Assembly (NCBI RefSeq): GCF_004010195.1 | Contig: NC_057718.1 | Span: 38,979,143 to 39,043,142 of the forward strand | Length of the DNA stretch: 64,000 bases | Direction: 5' to 3' | DNA from: Chiloscyllium plagiosum | Taxonomy: Eukaryota | In this document: positions 38,160 to 51,269 of the stretch, one piece after another | How positions within the stretch are numbered: the first letter of the stretch is position 1 | Layout: each line of letters opens with the position of its first letter | Notes under the pieces: generated by a model | What the model was told of the DNA's origin: nothing | What the model saw: only the letters and a program-made list of their open reading frames with translations | The model's database searches: none | Translations under genes and position numbers: made by a program

Positions 38160-39005
38160 TAAAGAATCATGTTTCCAGCACAGAAGGAGGCTATTCAACC
38201 CAATCTCTCCACACCAGTCGATAAAATTCTGACCTCACAAATCTTATTTTCCACCTTTTGGCTTATAGCCCTGAGGGCTATGACAACATGGGTGAACATT
38301 TAAAGTTTGCTCAAGTGTTACGAGAGTTTCTGACTTAAGTCACCCTTTCAGCTAGGTTCCAGACTTCCAGCACCCTCTGCGTGAAAAAAACTTCTCCTCG
38401 ACTCCCCTCTTAACCTTTATATCTGCACTATTTATCCCCCTCATAATCTTATGCACCTCTGTCAGGGCCCCTCTCAACCTTCATTGCTCCAAGAAAACAA
38501 TCTCAGGTTATACAGACTTTCGTAATAGCACAGACCCTCCAATCAGAGTAAGTCTTCGCTGCACCCTCTCTAGTGCAATTACTTCAGTCCTATAATGTGA
38601 GCAGACTGCATGTAGTGTTCCAGTTGTGGCCTAACCAATATTTTATATAGTTCCAACATAATTTCGCAGCACCTATATTATGTATCTCAGCTAGAAAAGG
38701 GAAGTTTCCCATTTGCCATTTTAACCACCTTCTCAATTGCCTGGTTTCCTTTAGGGATCTGTAGATATACACGCCAAAGTTTCTCTGATCTTCAGTACTT
38801 TCCAGGGATCCGATCATTCATAGTGAATCGCTTTTGTTGTTAATTCTCCCCAAGTGTGTTAGCTCACATTTTTCAGTGTTGAATTCCATTTACCACTGCT
38901 TTGACCATCTCACCAGACCATTGATATCATCCTGCAATTTATGGGTATCGTCTTCACTATATTCTATTGTATCCATTTTTGTATCATCCATGAATTTCTT
39001 AATTG
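38160..39005 (-). mobile_element. Old CR1 3' fragment
   Basis: KFMDDTK...LQDDINGLVRWSKQW and a CR1 tail. HE1 tail fragment adjacent at about 39015-39085. Confidence 0.75.
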
Positions 39006-42000
39006 TACACTTTAAAATCATAGAATCCCTACAATGTGTAAGCAGGCCATTTGACCCATCACGTCCACACCGACCCTCCAAGGAGGATCAATGTTTACCA
39101 CAAACAGCAAGGGCCCCACCATTGAGGATGTGGTACTACACTTAGGTTTTCATTGCAGTGCTGGAAGACCAGAAGTTAACCAAAAAGGCTGTTCCTGTAG
39201 ATTGAGACCTTTTCAGGAACATAACTGTTATTTGTTCATTTGCAACCATTCTGCTCCCTTATCTTATTTCTGGCATCTGTATTGATTCTAAGAATTCCTT
39301 TCTTCAAATGCTGTCAGAGATCAAAAAAAAACTCTTAGGTTCCGGGATATTTCCTGCAAATTGCCAATATCTGGATCATTCCAAGGGATCTTTGTGACAA
39401 AAAAGACTGCCCCTGCTATATTTAATTAATTTCTGTCCTGTGTGTGGATGTCTAACCCAGGAAACCTAAGGTATCTGAAAAAATTGCTCTCTTTATGATT
39501 AGCTCTTCTTGAAATCCATCCCGAAAGTGTTCTTTTGGTTTTGTTTGTAAAGAAATGTGGCAGCTGAATCCAGAAATATTCTCGTGTCATAGTTTACACA
39601 TGGACATTCCAGAGTTTCCATCTATACAAAAAACGTGAACAATGACACGGAAGAAGGACAGATTGCAATTGTTCTGATTTACGACCACAGCTATTAATAA
39701 TGTGATTTTTTAAAGAACAAATTAAATTGTATTTTCTGTCTTAAGAACTGACAAACACCTTTCAAAATGTTTAATTACTGTGAGTGTAAAACAATTTTTT
39801 TTAGCTGAAACAAATAGAATAAAATTATCTGCTAGACACTCATTTAAAATTATAAACTGAAAGCTTGTTTTCTGAGCAATAAAATTGCTGGACAGGGATG
39901 TTCACTTAACAAGTCGGAGAGTATGTATGTGAGATTTGGTGTGCATTTTTAAGAGGATGATTTTCCATGGACCTTGTCCCACTGTGCCACTATAACTATG
40001 TTATAAATTCCATGTACATGAACATGAGCTATAACTCTCAGAAGTCCCAGCAGCAGTGCAGAAGAATCTTAAAATTTGTTTATTTTTAAGCCATGTAATT
40101 TTGGGTCAATGAGTTCGATATTAATAGAATGTTATCTTGATCTGATTTTTGTAAGCTGCATGCAAATAAGTGATATGACAGCCATGATTTTCTATTCCCT
40201 GGAGAAGCAAGAATAATGGCAAATGAGATGTTACTTGAGTGAAAATCGAAAAATCAGATTCTCACTGTTCTATTTAAGTCTTTCTTTTCTGGATGACAAG
40301 ATAATGTCTTCACCAGCAAGTGGCAAGAATTTTATCTCCACGCATGTGCTTCTCATTAATCACATGACTCACTAGAACTTACTTCACCTTTCCAATTAAC
40401 TTCTGCCAAATTAAGATACTTGATGCTTCAGAAACCTGGCTGCTCCAATCCGGATTGGTACATAGCTTTCACTACGTTTACTGATACCTTCACAAGACTG
40501 CTTCTCTTCATTTTTGCTGAGAATGTTACAAATGTAACCGATATCTCCTGTTAATTAAAGCAGGGTGTGTTCCTCGACCTTCGCTATGTCCCCTGGGCAA
40601 TGATAATGGACCAATCTCACCGTCTCAGTTAGTGTTTAACCAATAGGGTCAACCAGCTTTTGTTCTTATTCCAAGGTCCCATCAGCACTTTCATAAACCA
40701 TTTTACGGAGGTCAAGATTATTAAACTGCATGAGAAGGAGTATTGTAATCTTGAAAGTAATCTTGCAGTAGTAGATGCGCCCAACAATCTTATTGCTTGT
40801 GTCCTTCACCAGGTGTGACACAGCCCTCTTTAGCTGTATAACTTGGAGCCTTATGGACAAAGATGTTAGGGGTAAAGGGTCCCATTTAGTCAAGTTGCGT
40901 ACTTTGTCTTAGTGTTCTCATAGACCTGTGGCAAGTTGAGGAAGCTTAGCAGAAGTCAATCTAGCAGTTCCTCTTGTGCAAAGCAACTATCGCTGCAAAC
41001 AACTGCTGCAGAAGATGCGAGAGACAACTCCATCTGCCGCAGGCTGCTGCACTGCCTCTTGGGAGAGGCTGTATGACAAAGCTGTCATGGAGGTTAACAG
41101 CACTTGTGCAGAACAGGAACTGCAGGCTTATCTGCAAATGGCTGACAGCCAGTGCAGAAAATGCACTTACACCCTCACAATGCATGCAGAACTTTAGCTT
41201 GAAATGAGCCTTTACTGAGCCCTTGCACTATCTAAGGATTTTCACTGATACCGCTTCTAGTGATATGGACCATGAACAGAGCCCAGGACTGTGGGATACC
41301 TCATGCCTAGGAACTGGAACCCCAGGTTTTTCTCAGCCTGCTGTACCTGGTTGGAAGACAGCTCAGGTTGACTTTGAAGACATTGTGGTCATCCCCTAGA
41401 AGGTGCTGAGAGTGTTCTGCACAGACTCACCATCCTCTGTCTAAGCTGTTGGAGTTAATGGTAATGGAGTCACTGCCATGAGAATGGTGGAGGGGCAAGA
41501 CGCTTGTGGAACGTGCTGAGAGGAAGTGCCCAGTGTACCTTTCTGATGCTGCTTCTCCCTGTGGATGCTTTTGACACCATCCTGTTTCCTTGAGAAGATG
41601 GAACATCCAAATTGAGTTTGACATACATTGCCTCTCTCTCAACTTTCCTTTGGCCAAGCATCCATGGCACAGAGAGTTTTTGCCAACCTGGGTCAGCAAA
41701 GTAGCTTCTACCCTTTTCTTGGAGACAGCCAAATGCTCATGCTTTGGAGCCATCACAGCGGGTGAGAATGTGGACAGACTCCATCATTCATTTCAGCATA
41801 CAGAGAGCCTGTACCGCATCCAGCCTTTCCCTGCCAATCAAGTATTTCAATTATGACCAAGACAGGGGCATGTCTTTCCTGGGGCTGAGCAGGTGCCTAA
41901 TCTCCAGCAGTCCTCTTTGTGTCAGAGACTTCTGTCTTTCCTTCATTCATTAGCTGCAGCCAGATGTCAGTAATGTGCTTATCAGGCAGTATCCCTGAAT

Positions 42001-42269
42001 CTACTCTTGCTAAGGTACTAAGGTGACGCTGGTGGAAGGTATATGTGAACTACTTGTTTTCACAGTTTTCCTCCGCAGAGGTAGTGCTGATGCAAAGCAC
42101 CTCATGCTGTGGCCTCTTTCACTGCACAGTGTCCTGGGTGGCGCTACTACCTTCAGAAGAGAAGAGAAAATAATTACTTGCTAAACATACAGATTAGATT
42201 ATGCAGAACAATGTTTGCCTTCCTGCACCTTTGAGAAGTGGAGAGCGCAATGTGGCCTTTTGTTATCTC

Positions 42270-42860
42270 CTATCACCACGGGAATAGTTCTGGTCTTCCA
42301 CAGCTAGCTCAGCAGACCTTTCCTCCAAGGGGGAAGAAGATCTTGATATCTAGCATCCCTCCTCATTGGTCTTGGCCCCTCTATCTTTTGTGGACCAATT
42401 ATTCCTGTAGTGAGACAAAGAGAAGGGTTGAACATGATGGAAATGTATGCAGCAGCATTGTGTAAAAATGCATAACAATGCAAAGTGGTCAGGTAGGTAA
42501 GTCTGAAGTCCCAGTAGGCAGGACGGGCTAGGAGTTTGAGAGGATAATGGGGTGTGAGCTTTTGACCACATATTACAGAATGTGATGCTAAGATTTGCAA
42601 ACCTTGAGGTTTTGTGAGATGCCTCTGCAATGACAGAGTTAAACTGAGTCTCCTCGTGAATGTGAGGTAGAGGAGAGAAATGAAGCTACTTGCCATTGCA
42701 GGGAGCAGAAGATCATTGGCTTTCCAGTCCTGACCAGTACTGCAATCTCAGCACAGGCTGGTTGGATTTGATGAGATGGCCTCCTGGTGTGGTCACCCTG
42801 GAAGAGAATGGACCTTCTCTTGGTGACATAGTAGTGCCTGAAAGATAGTGTTAGCAAACC
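42270..42860 (-). mobile_element. Harbinger-associated Myb/SANT (MSANTD-like) gene fossil, two exons
   Basis: VTKRRSILFQGDHTRRPSHQIQPACAEIAVLV...ANDLL, degenerate donor gcaagt (42693), acceptor cAG (42405), then GGMLDIKIFF-LEERSAELAVEDQNYSRGD. Confidence 0.65.
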
Positions 42861-44112
42861 TGAAAGACAGCTTCACTTTGTTAAAAGGTATTTCTGGTTT
42901 CTGAGAGCAGTCACCACAGGCTGAAGGGAAATTCTTGGCTTGTAGTGATTGAAATTGTGTTTTGTTGACCTTTAAATATGTTTTTCTTTATGTATTCATT
43001 TTGTGGGATGTGGGTGTCGCTGGCTGGGCCAGTATTTATTACAAGTCCCTAGTTCCCCTTGAGAAGGTGGTGGTGAGCTGCTTTCTTGAACCGCTGCAGT
43101 ACACCTCTGTGGTTTGACCCACAATGCCATTTGGGAGGGAATTCCAGGACTTTAACCCAGCAACAGTGAAGGAGCGGCCATATATTTCCAAGTCAGGATG
43201 GTGAGTAGCTTGGAGGGGAACTTGCAGGTGGTACTATTTCCATGTATCTGCTGCCCTTATCCTGGCTCATGGGTTTGGAAGGTGCTGTCTGAGGATCTTT
43301 GGTGAATTCTGCAGTGCATCTTATAGATAGTGCACACTACTGCTACTGAGCGTTGGTTGTGGAGGGAGTGGATGATTGTGGATGTAGTGCCAGTCAAGTG
43401 GGCTGTTTTGTCCTGGATGGTGTCAAGCTTCTTGAGTGTTGTTGGAGCTTCACTCATCCAGGCAAGTGGGGAGTATTTCATCACACTCCTGACTTATGCC
43501 TTTTAGATAGTGGGCAGGCTATGAGGAGTCAGGAGGTGAGTTACTCACAGCAGTATTCCTGGCCTCTGACCTACAGTTGTAGCTACTGCATTTATGTGGT
43601 GAGTCCAGTTGAGTTTCTGATCAATGATAACCCCTGGGATGTTGATAGTGGGGATTCAGTGATGGTAACACCATTGAATGTCAAGAGACAGTGGTTAGAT
43701 TGTTTCTTATTGTTAATGGTCATAGCCTGGCATTTGTGTGGTGTGAATGTTACTTGCTACTTGTCAGCCCAAGCCTGGATATTGTCCAGATTTGGACATG
43801 GACTGCTTCAGTTTCTGAGGAGTTGTGAATGGTGTTGAATATCGTGCAATCATTGGTGAACATCCCCACTTCTGACCTTATGATGGAGGGAAGGTTATTG
43901 AAGCAGCAGCTGAAGATGGTTGGGCCTAGGATACTAGCCTGAGGAACTCCTGCAGAGATATCCTGGAACTGAGACCACTGACCTCCAACAACCAAGACCA
44001 TCTTCCTATGTGTCAGGTATGACTCTGTCCACTGGAGAGTTTGACCCCAATACTCATTGATTCCAGTTTAACTAGAGCTCCTTGATGCCACTCAGTCAAA
44101 TATAATATTGAT

Positions 44113-46437
44113 CAAAGTTTGTGAGAAGATTTGTAGCTCGGGTGCTCGTTGTTGTGGTTCTGTTCGCTGAGCTGGGAATTTTGTGTTGCAGGCATTTCGT
44201 CCCCTGTCTAGGTGACATCCTCAGTGCTTGGGAACCTCCTGTGAAGTGCTTCTGTGATGTTTCCTCCGGCATTTATAGCGGTTTGTCTCTGCCGCTTCCG
44301 GTTGTCAGTTCCAGCTGTCCGCTGCAGTGGCCAGTATATTGGGTCCAGGTTGATGTGTTTGTTGATAGAATCTGTGGATGAGTGCCATGCCTCTAGGAAT
44401 TCCCTGGCTGTTCTCTGTTTGGCTTGTCCTATAATAGTAGTGTTGTCACAGTCGAACTCATGTTGCTTGTCATCTGCGTGTGTGGCTACTCTGGTCGTGT
44501 TGTTTCGTGGCTAGTTGATGTTCATGGATACGGATCGTTAGCTGTCTTCCTGTTTGTCCTATGTAATGTTTTGTGCAGTCCTTGCATGGGATTTTGTACA
44601 TTATGTTGGTTTTGCTCATGCTGGGTATCGGGTCCTATGTCCTGGTAAGTTGTTGTCTGAGAGTGGCTGTTGGTTTGTGTGCTGTTATGAGTCCTAGTCG
44701 TCGTAGTAGTCTGGCTGTCAGTTCATAAATGTTCTTGATGTATGGTAACGTGGCTAGTCCTTTGGGTTGTGGCATGTCCTCATTCTGTTGTCTTTCCCTT
44801 AGGCATCTGTTGATGAAATTGCGGGGGTATCCGTTTTTGGCGAATACATTGTATAGGTGTTCTTCTTCCTCTTTTTGCAGTTCTGGTGTGCTGCAGTGTG
44901 TTGTGGCCCTTTTGAATAGTGTCTTGATGCAACTTCTTTTGTGTGTGTTGGGGTGGTTGCTTTCGTAATTCAGGACTTGGTCTGTGTGTATGGCTTTCTT
45001 GTATACCTTTGTGGTGAATTCTCTGTTCGGTGTTCTCCGTACCATCATGTCTAGGAATGGGAGTTGGTTGTCCTCTTCTACCTCTCTAGTGAATCTGATT
45101 CCTGTGAGTGTGGCGTTGATGATCCGGTGTGTGTTTTCTATTTCTGTGTTTTTAATGATTACAAAGGTGTCATCCACATATCTGCCCCAGAGTTTGGGTT
45201 GAATTTGCGGTAGGACTGTTTGTTCTAGTCTTCGCATTACAGCTTCTGCTATGAGTCCAAGGATGGGTGAGCTCATGGGTGTGCCGTTGATTTGTTCATA
45301 TATTTGGTTGTTGAATATGAAGTGTGTTGTGAGGCACAGGTCCAGTAGTTTGAGTATGCCGTCTTTGTTGATAGGCTCCCCGTCTTGTTGTCTGTTCTGT
45401 ATGTCCAGCAGGTTGGCTATTGTTTCTCTGGCTAGGGTATTTGTCGATAGAGGTGAACAGTGCCGTTACATCGAATGAGACCATAGTTTCTTCCTTGTCT
45501 ATGTGTATATTTCTGATGATGTCCAAGAATGCCTGTGTTGACTGTATCTAGTGTCTGGATCCGATGATCAGGTGTTTCAGTTTCTGTTGTAGTTCTTTAG
45601 CCAGTTTGTGTGATGGTGTCCCTGGTAGCGATAAGATGGGTCTGAGTGGTATGTCTGGTTTGTGCACTTTAGGTAGTCCATAGAATCTGGGGGTGGTGTT
45701 GCTTTCAGGTTTCATTCTCTGTTGGTCAAACCTGGTAATCTGTCCGTTTTTTTTGCAGGTTACTCAGTGTGTTGTTTATCCTATTGGTGAGCTGTGGAGT
45801 GGGGTCAAACTCCCTCTTTGGTAGGTGTTGGTATCTGCCAGTAGTTATTGCGCTTTCTAGATGTATTCTGCTTTGTCCAGGATGACCGTCGTTCTGCCTT
45901 TGTCTGCTGGTAGTATGATTATGTTCTTATCATTTCTTAGTGTTTTTAGTGCTTCCCTCTCCTTGGTGTTGAGGTTGTGTGTTTGTCTTTTCCTTGTTAT
46001 CAGGGGTATGATACTTTGTCTCATTGTTTGATGTGTCTCTTCTGTCAGTCCATTGTTTTTGAGTGTGCATTCTAGTACTGCTAGGAAGTCTGCTGTCTTG
46101 GTGTCCCTGTGGTTATAGTTGAGTCCCTTGGCCAGTATTGTTCTTTCCGTGTCTGAGGGAGAGGTTTCTAACCCAGGTATGTGTTGTGGCATGTGTAGAG
46201 GCATGGCACTCATCCACAGCTTCTATCAACAAACACATTGACCTGGACCCAATATACCGGCCACTGCAGCAGACAGCTGGAACTGACAACCGGAAGCGGC
46301 AGAGACAAACCGCTATAAATGCCGGAGGAAACAACACAGAAGCGCTTCACAGGAGGCTCCCAAGCACTGAGGATGTCACCTAGACAGGGGACGAAATGTC
46401 TGCAACACAAATTCCCAGCTCGGCGAACAGAACCACA
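44113..46437 (-). mobile_element. Near full-length Penelope-like element, family B, with inverted pseudo-LTRs
   Basis: ILPADKGRTTVIL, PRFYGLPKVHKPDIPLRPI, VSFDVTALFTSI, GTPMSSPI, RYVDDTF, YKIPCKDCTKHYIGQTGRQLTIRIHEH; ~245-bp inverted repeat 44152-44396/46196-46437; 11-bp TSD ataatattgat. Confidence 0.95.
46364..46403 (+). ncRNA. Minimal hammerhead motif in the family-B pseudo-LTR
   Basis: GCA-CUGAGGA-U-GUCACCU(AGAC)AGGGGAC-GAAA-UGUC-UGC. The inverted copy at 44188-44227 has GAAAUGCC (UH site lost). Confidence 0.65.
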
Positions 46438-47755
46438 ATAATATTGATGTCAAGGGCTGTGACTCTCACCTCACCTCTAGAATTCAGCTCTTTGTCCATA
46501 TTTGAACCAACGATGTAATGAGGTCAGGCGCTGAGTTGCCCTGCGAAATCTAAGCTGGATGTCACTGAGCAGGGTGTTGCTGAGCAGGTGCTGCTTGATA
46601 GCACTGTTGATGACATCTTCCATCACTTTACTGATAATTGAAACTAGACTGATGGGATAGTGATTGGCCAGGTTGGATTTGTCCTGCTTTTGATGTACAG
46701 TACATACTTGGGCAATTTTCCACATTGTTGGGGGTAAATGTCAGTGATGTAACTGTACTGGAAGAGCTTGGCTAGGGGTGCAGCAAGTTCTGGAGCACAA
46801 GTCTTCAGCACTATTGCCAGAAAGTTGTCAGGGCTCATAGCCTTTGAAGTACCTAGTGCCTCCAAGCATTTCTTGATATCACGTGGAGTGAATTGAATTG
46901 ACTGAAGACTGGTATTTGTAATGCTGGGAACCAGTGGAGGAAACAAAGATGGATCATCCACTCGAAACTTCTCGTTGAAGATTGCTGTGTAAGTTTCAGC
47001 TTTATCTTTTGCACTGAAGTGCTGGACTCTTCCATCATTGAGGGTGGGGCCTCCTCTAGTGAGTTGTTTAATTATCCAACACCAGTCCTGACTGGATGTG
47101 GCTGGACTTCAGGGATTAGATCTCTTCCATTGGTTGTGGGGTTGCTTAGCTCTATCACTTGCTGATTATGCTGTTGGGCATGCAAGTAGTCCTGTTTGGT
47201 GGCTTCATTGGGTTAGCACTTTATCTTAATGTATATCTAGTGCTGCTCCTGGCGTGCCCTTCTGCACTCTCCATTGAACCGAGCTTGATTGCCTGGCTTG
47301 ATGGTCATGGTTGAGTAGGGAATATGCCAGGTCATGAGGGTATAGATTGTGCTGGAGTACAATTCTGCTGTCTTTGATGGCCCACAATGCCTCATGGATG
47401 CCCAGTCTTGAGCCTGATGGCCTCCTCCAGACCCAAAAAGCTAATGCAGTCAAGTCATTCCATCTTTAGATCTATTCTGCTTTAACTGACCCCCCAATCA
47501 TGATCTAGAACTTCAACACTTTCACTGCCTATACAACCTCTCTTATGTTTTGATTGCACCTATCTGCTATTGTACTTTGGATTTGTGAAACAGACTTCTC
47601 ACTCAAAGGCCTATAAAGGAACTCCTGCTCCTGCCTGTGGATAGTTTTACTAACAGAGCTGCTGTTCTTTTTCTTTAAATGTGCTGTATGTTACATTCAT
47701 CTATCTTCGCGCCACCTTCGCACATTAACTTTAGATGCTGTTAAATTCAGAATGA

Positions 47756-47944
47756 TTTGGAGATGCCGGTGTTGGACTGGGGTGTACAAAGTTAAAAATC
47801 ACACAACACCAGGTCATAGTCCAACAGGTTTAATTGGAAGCACACTAGCTTTCGGAGCGACACTCCTTCATCACTGTCACCTGAAAGCTAGTGTGCTTCC
47901 AATTAAACCTGTTGGACTATGACCTGGTGTTGTGTGATTTTTAA
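47756..47944. mobile_element. Fold-back family-C element (probably Penelope-derived) with perfect 62-bp arms and hammerhead remnants
   Basis: Arms 47792-47853 / 47883-47944 are identical in reverse complement; flanking duplication ttaaattcagaatga (47741-47755, 47941-47955). Confidence 0.85.
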
Positions 47945-49671
47945 ATTCAGAATGAGGAGACATAGTTTAAGATTAAGAGGTTTCTTTTGTAAGATGGACA
48001 TCAGGAGAAATTATTTCTTTGAGGAGAAGCTTTTTTTTATGTTGTGAGTCTATGGAAATCACTTCAACAGACAGCAGGAGAGGAGGGTTATTAAATATGT
48101 TGATGGCCGAAGTGGATAGATTCTTGATTAACAAAGGAGTCAGGATTAGGTACGAAAGTGGATTTGAGGCCACAGTTGATCAGCAGATATAACCTTATTG
48201 AATATGGGACTAGGCCTGAGGGGTCAAATGGCCTAATCCTGTTCCTAATTAATTTGAAATGTTATATTATAATATTTGGGAAATCAATTCTTTTTTCCAC
48301 ATGATGAAAAGTCTTCATCCTTCCAAACCACAAAAGGATTTGGTTAAAATCCAGGTCCACCAGTCAGCCTTGAAGTAATTCACTTACTCCATCCCTTACA
48401 GTGATACAGGAGTCAAAAGTAACTTGGCCGGGTTATTTCTTAACATTTTTATCCTTAAAAAAAATGGAAAATGCACCAAATAAACCAAATTCTGTATGCA
48501 TATTTAATGTTTGTTTAGAAAATATTTATTTCACTTTTAGCTAGTAACTATTGCATCTTCTGAAGTATCTTTGTTTCTGTTCACTCCTGCAGATGAAAGT
48601 TGTCTCACGTATTTCAGTATAGTGATTTGTTTTCAAATGTTGTGGTCTTTATTTGAAATGCCAGGTGTTTTGGAGATCTGCAACTTATTTTCTGAAACTT
48701 TTCATTATCTTTTCCTTTCTTATAAAATAGGAAAATAGGTGGCAATTTTCTGAGCGCAAACTTCTGTTGAGAATCCTGCCTCCCGGGGGCACATATGGTA
48801 AAAATTAAAAAAACTTCACAGGCAGAGTTCCTTTGATCTTGCACTATTTGCTTCCACAGGGAAGGACCGAACATTCAGAAAATTAGCTCCATTGTCAGCT
48901 GTTGAAGAGTCCTCTTCTCCACTGTGAGCTTTTCCATGGTGATAACCCTCTCTAAAGGTCTTCATAGCTCATTGTAATGGTAACTACTTGGCTCTGACAA
49001 ATAAATCATTTGTAGGAGTCCTTGATCTGGAAAATTATATTTTTGTATTTATCTCCCAAAATCCTTTTGTTTTAATTGAAGAGGGTTGATTTCTTTTCAA
49101 GTATTTCCAGATCAGGTATGCCAGATGGAAAGTAAAGTTCCCTCTATTTTGCCTGATGATGTGACTTTGATCTTTTTCCAAGACAGAAGTTTTTTTTAAT
49201 GCATTGGTGTAAATTTTCCCATATCTCTTGCCAATCTTTTTCATGGCTTCCCTAATAGCTCTTATAAAATTGACATTGATATCAAGCATATCATTGAAGG
49301 CTTTTTAGTCCGCTATATTTAGTTAGCCAATGTTACTGAAAGCACCACAATCCTGTTTGGGATGGAATTCTGCTTATTGGCCCTGAAAGGAAAGGACTTT
49401 TTGCTACCAGTGTGGATGCTGTGCATGAGGACTGACTTTTAAAAAATTACAGAAATTGTACACTTGCTTAAAATTAAGCTCATTTTGCTGCTACATTAAA
49501 TTGTTTGCTCTAAGTATGTATTGAAGTAACATTGAGTTTTTTGGTACGAAGGGAACAGGCATAGAATTGGAAACTACATTCACTGGAAATTATTCATTAA
49601 TACAAATGGATTTTAATTGAATAAGATTACCAAAACTAAAAACAGATAAAGTGCCACAAAATGTCAACACT

Positions 49672-51033
49672 AACTATAGACCATGAGTCTGACGTTGGTG
49701 GTAGTCAAGTTGTTGGAAGGAATCTTGAGGTACAGGATTTACATGTATTTGGAAAGGCAAGGAATGATTATGGATAGTTAATATGGCTTTGTGCGTGGGA
49801 AATCATATCTCACAAACTTGATTGAGTTTTTAACGAAGTAACGAAGAGGATTGAGGAGGGCAGAATGGTGGAGGTGACCTATATGGCCTTTAGTAAGGCA
49901 TTTGACAAGGTTCCTCACGGTAGCAAGGTTAGATCACGTGGAATACAGGGAGAACAAGCCGTTTGGATACTAAACTAGCTGGAAGGTAGAAGACAGAGGG
50001 TGGTGATGGAGGATTGCTTTTCAGACAGGAAGCCTGTGACCAGTGGAGTACCACAAGGTTTGGTGCTTTATACACTACTTTTCGTCATTTATATAAATAA
50101 TTTGGATGTGAGTGTAGGAGGTATAGTTGGTAAGTTTGCAGGTGGCACCAAAATTGGAGGTGTAGTGGACAGCGAAGAAGGTTACCTCAGAGTACAATGG
50201 GACCTTGATCAGATGGGCCAATGGGTCAAGGAGTGGCAGATGGAGTTTAACTTAGATAAATGTTAGGTGCTGTATTTTGGAAATGCAAATCTTACAGGAC
50301 TTATGCACTTAGTTGTAAAGTCCTAGGGAGCGTTGCTGAAGAAAGAGACCTTGGAGGCAAGTTCATAGTTTCATGAAAGTGGAGATACAGGTAGATAGGA
50401 AAGTGAAGAAGGTGTTTGGTGTGCTTTCCTTTATTGGTCAGTGCATTGAGTACAGGAGTTGGGGGGCCATGTTGCAGTTGTCCAGGATGTTAGTTAGGCC
50501 ACTTTTGGAATATTGTGTGTCATTCTGGTCTCCCTCCTATAGGAAAGATGTTGTGAAACTTGAAAGGGTTCAGAGAAGATTTACAAGGATGTTGCCAGGT
50601 TTGGAGGATTTGAGCTGTAGGGAGAGGCTGAACAGGCTGGGGCTGTTTTCGCTGGAGCGTAGGAGGCTGAGAGGTGACCTTATAGAGGTTTACAAAATCA
50701 TAAGGAGCACAGATAGGGTGAATAGACAAAGTATTTCCCTGGGTTGAGGGAGTCCAGAAATAGAGGGCATGGGTTAAGGTGAGAGGGGAAAGATTTAAAA
50801 GGGACCTAAGGGGCAAAATGTGGTGTATGTATGGAATGAGCTGCAAAGGAAGTGGTGGAGGCTGGCACAATTACAACATTTAAAAGACATCTGGATGAGT
50901 ACATGAATAGGAAGGGTTTAGAGGGAAATGGGGCGAGTGCTGTCAAAGGGACTAGATTAATTTAGGATATCTGGTCCGCATAGATGAGTTAGACTAAAGG
51001 GACTGTTTCCGTGATGTACATCTGTATGACTAT
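49672..51033 (+). mobile_element. 5'-truncated CR1 LINE
   Basis: NYRP*V*, FSKAFDKVPH, VTSGVPQGLVL, LVRPLLEYCVSFWSP, RRLRGDLIEVYKI, tail ctgtatgacta. Confidence 0.92.
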
Positions 51034-51269
51034 AAATCTACATGCACCTGTGGAGTGGGAAAAAGCATTAAAATTTCTGCTGGATGACTGTTCCTGAATA
51101 TTTTCATATTTCCTGTTTTTTATTCTGGATCTCTACCATCTTCTGTGTTTTGTTTGGTGGTAGTGTGTAATTTACTGCTGCTTCTCTTTCTGAATGCGCA
51201 CCTTGAAGTTCTCTTCTGTCTGGAGTGATTTCTGTTTCTCACTTTTACATTGTTTACTTTCATTATTTG

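Larger units (their letters stand above)
42985..47415 (-). mobile_element. L2/CR1-group LINE (RT region to 3' UTR), split by a Penelope insertion
   Basis: KAMSPDNFLAIVLKTCAPELAAPLAKLFQ, DKSNLANHYPISLVSI, AGVPQASILGPTIF, MKYSPLAWMSEAPTTLKKLDTIQDK. Confidence 0.9.

Noticed and set aside
41740..41810. Minus-strand ESVHILTRC, resembling a non-LTR CCHC zinc knuckle
   Set aside because: Upstream cysteines and RT context are missing; it lies in probable Harbinger debris.
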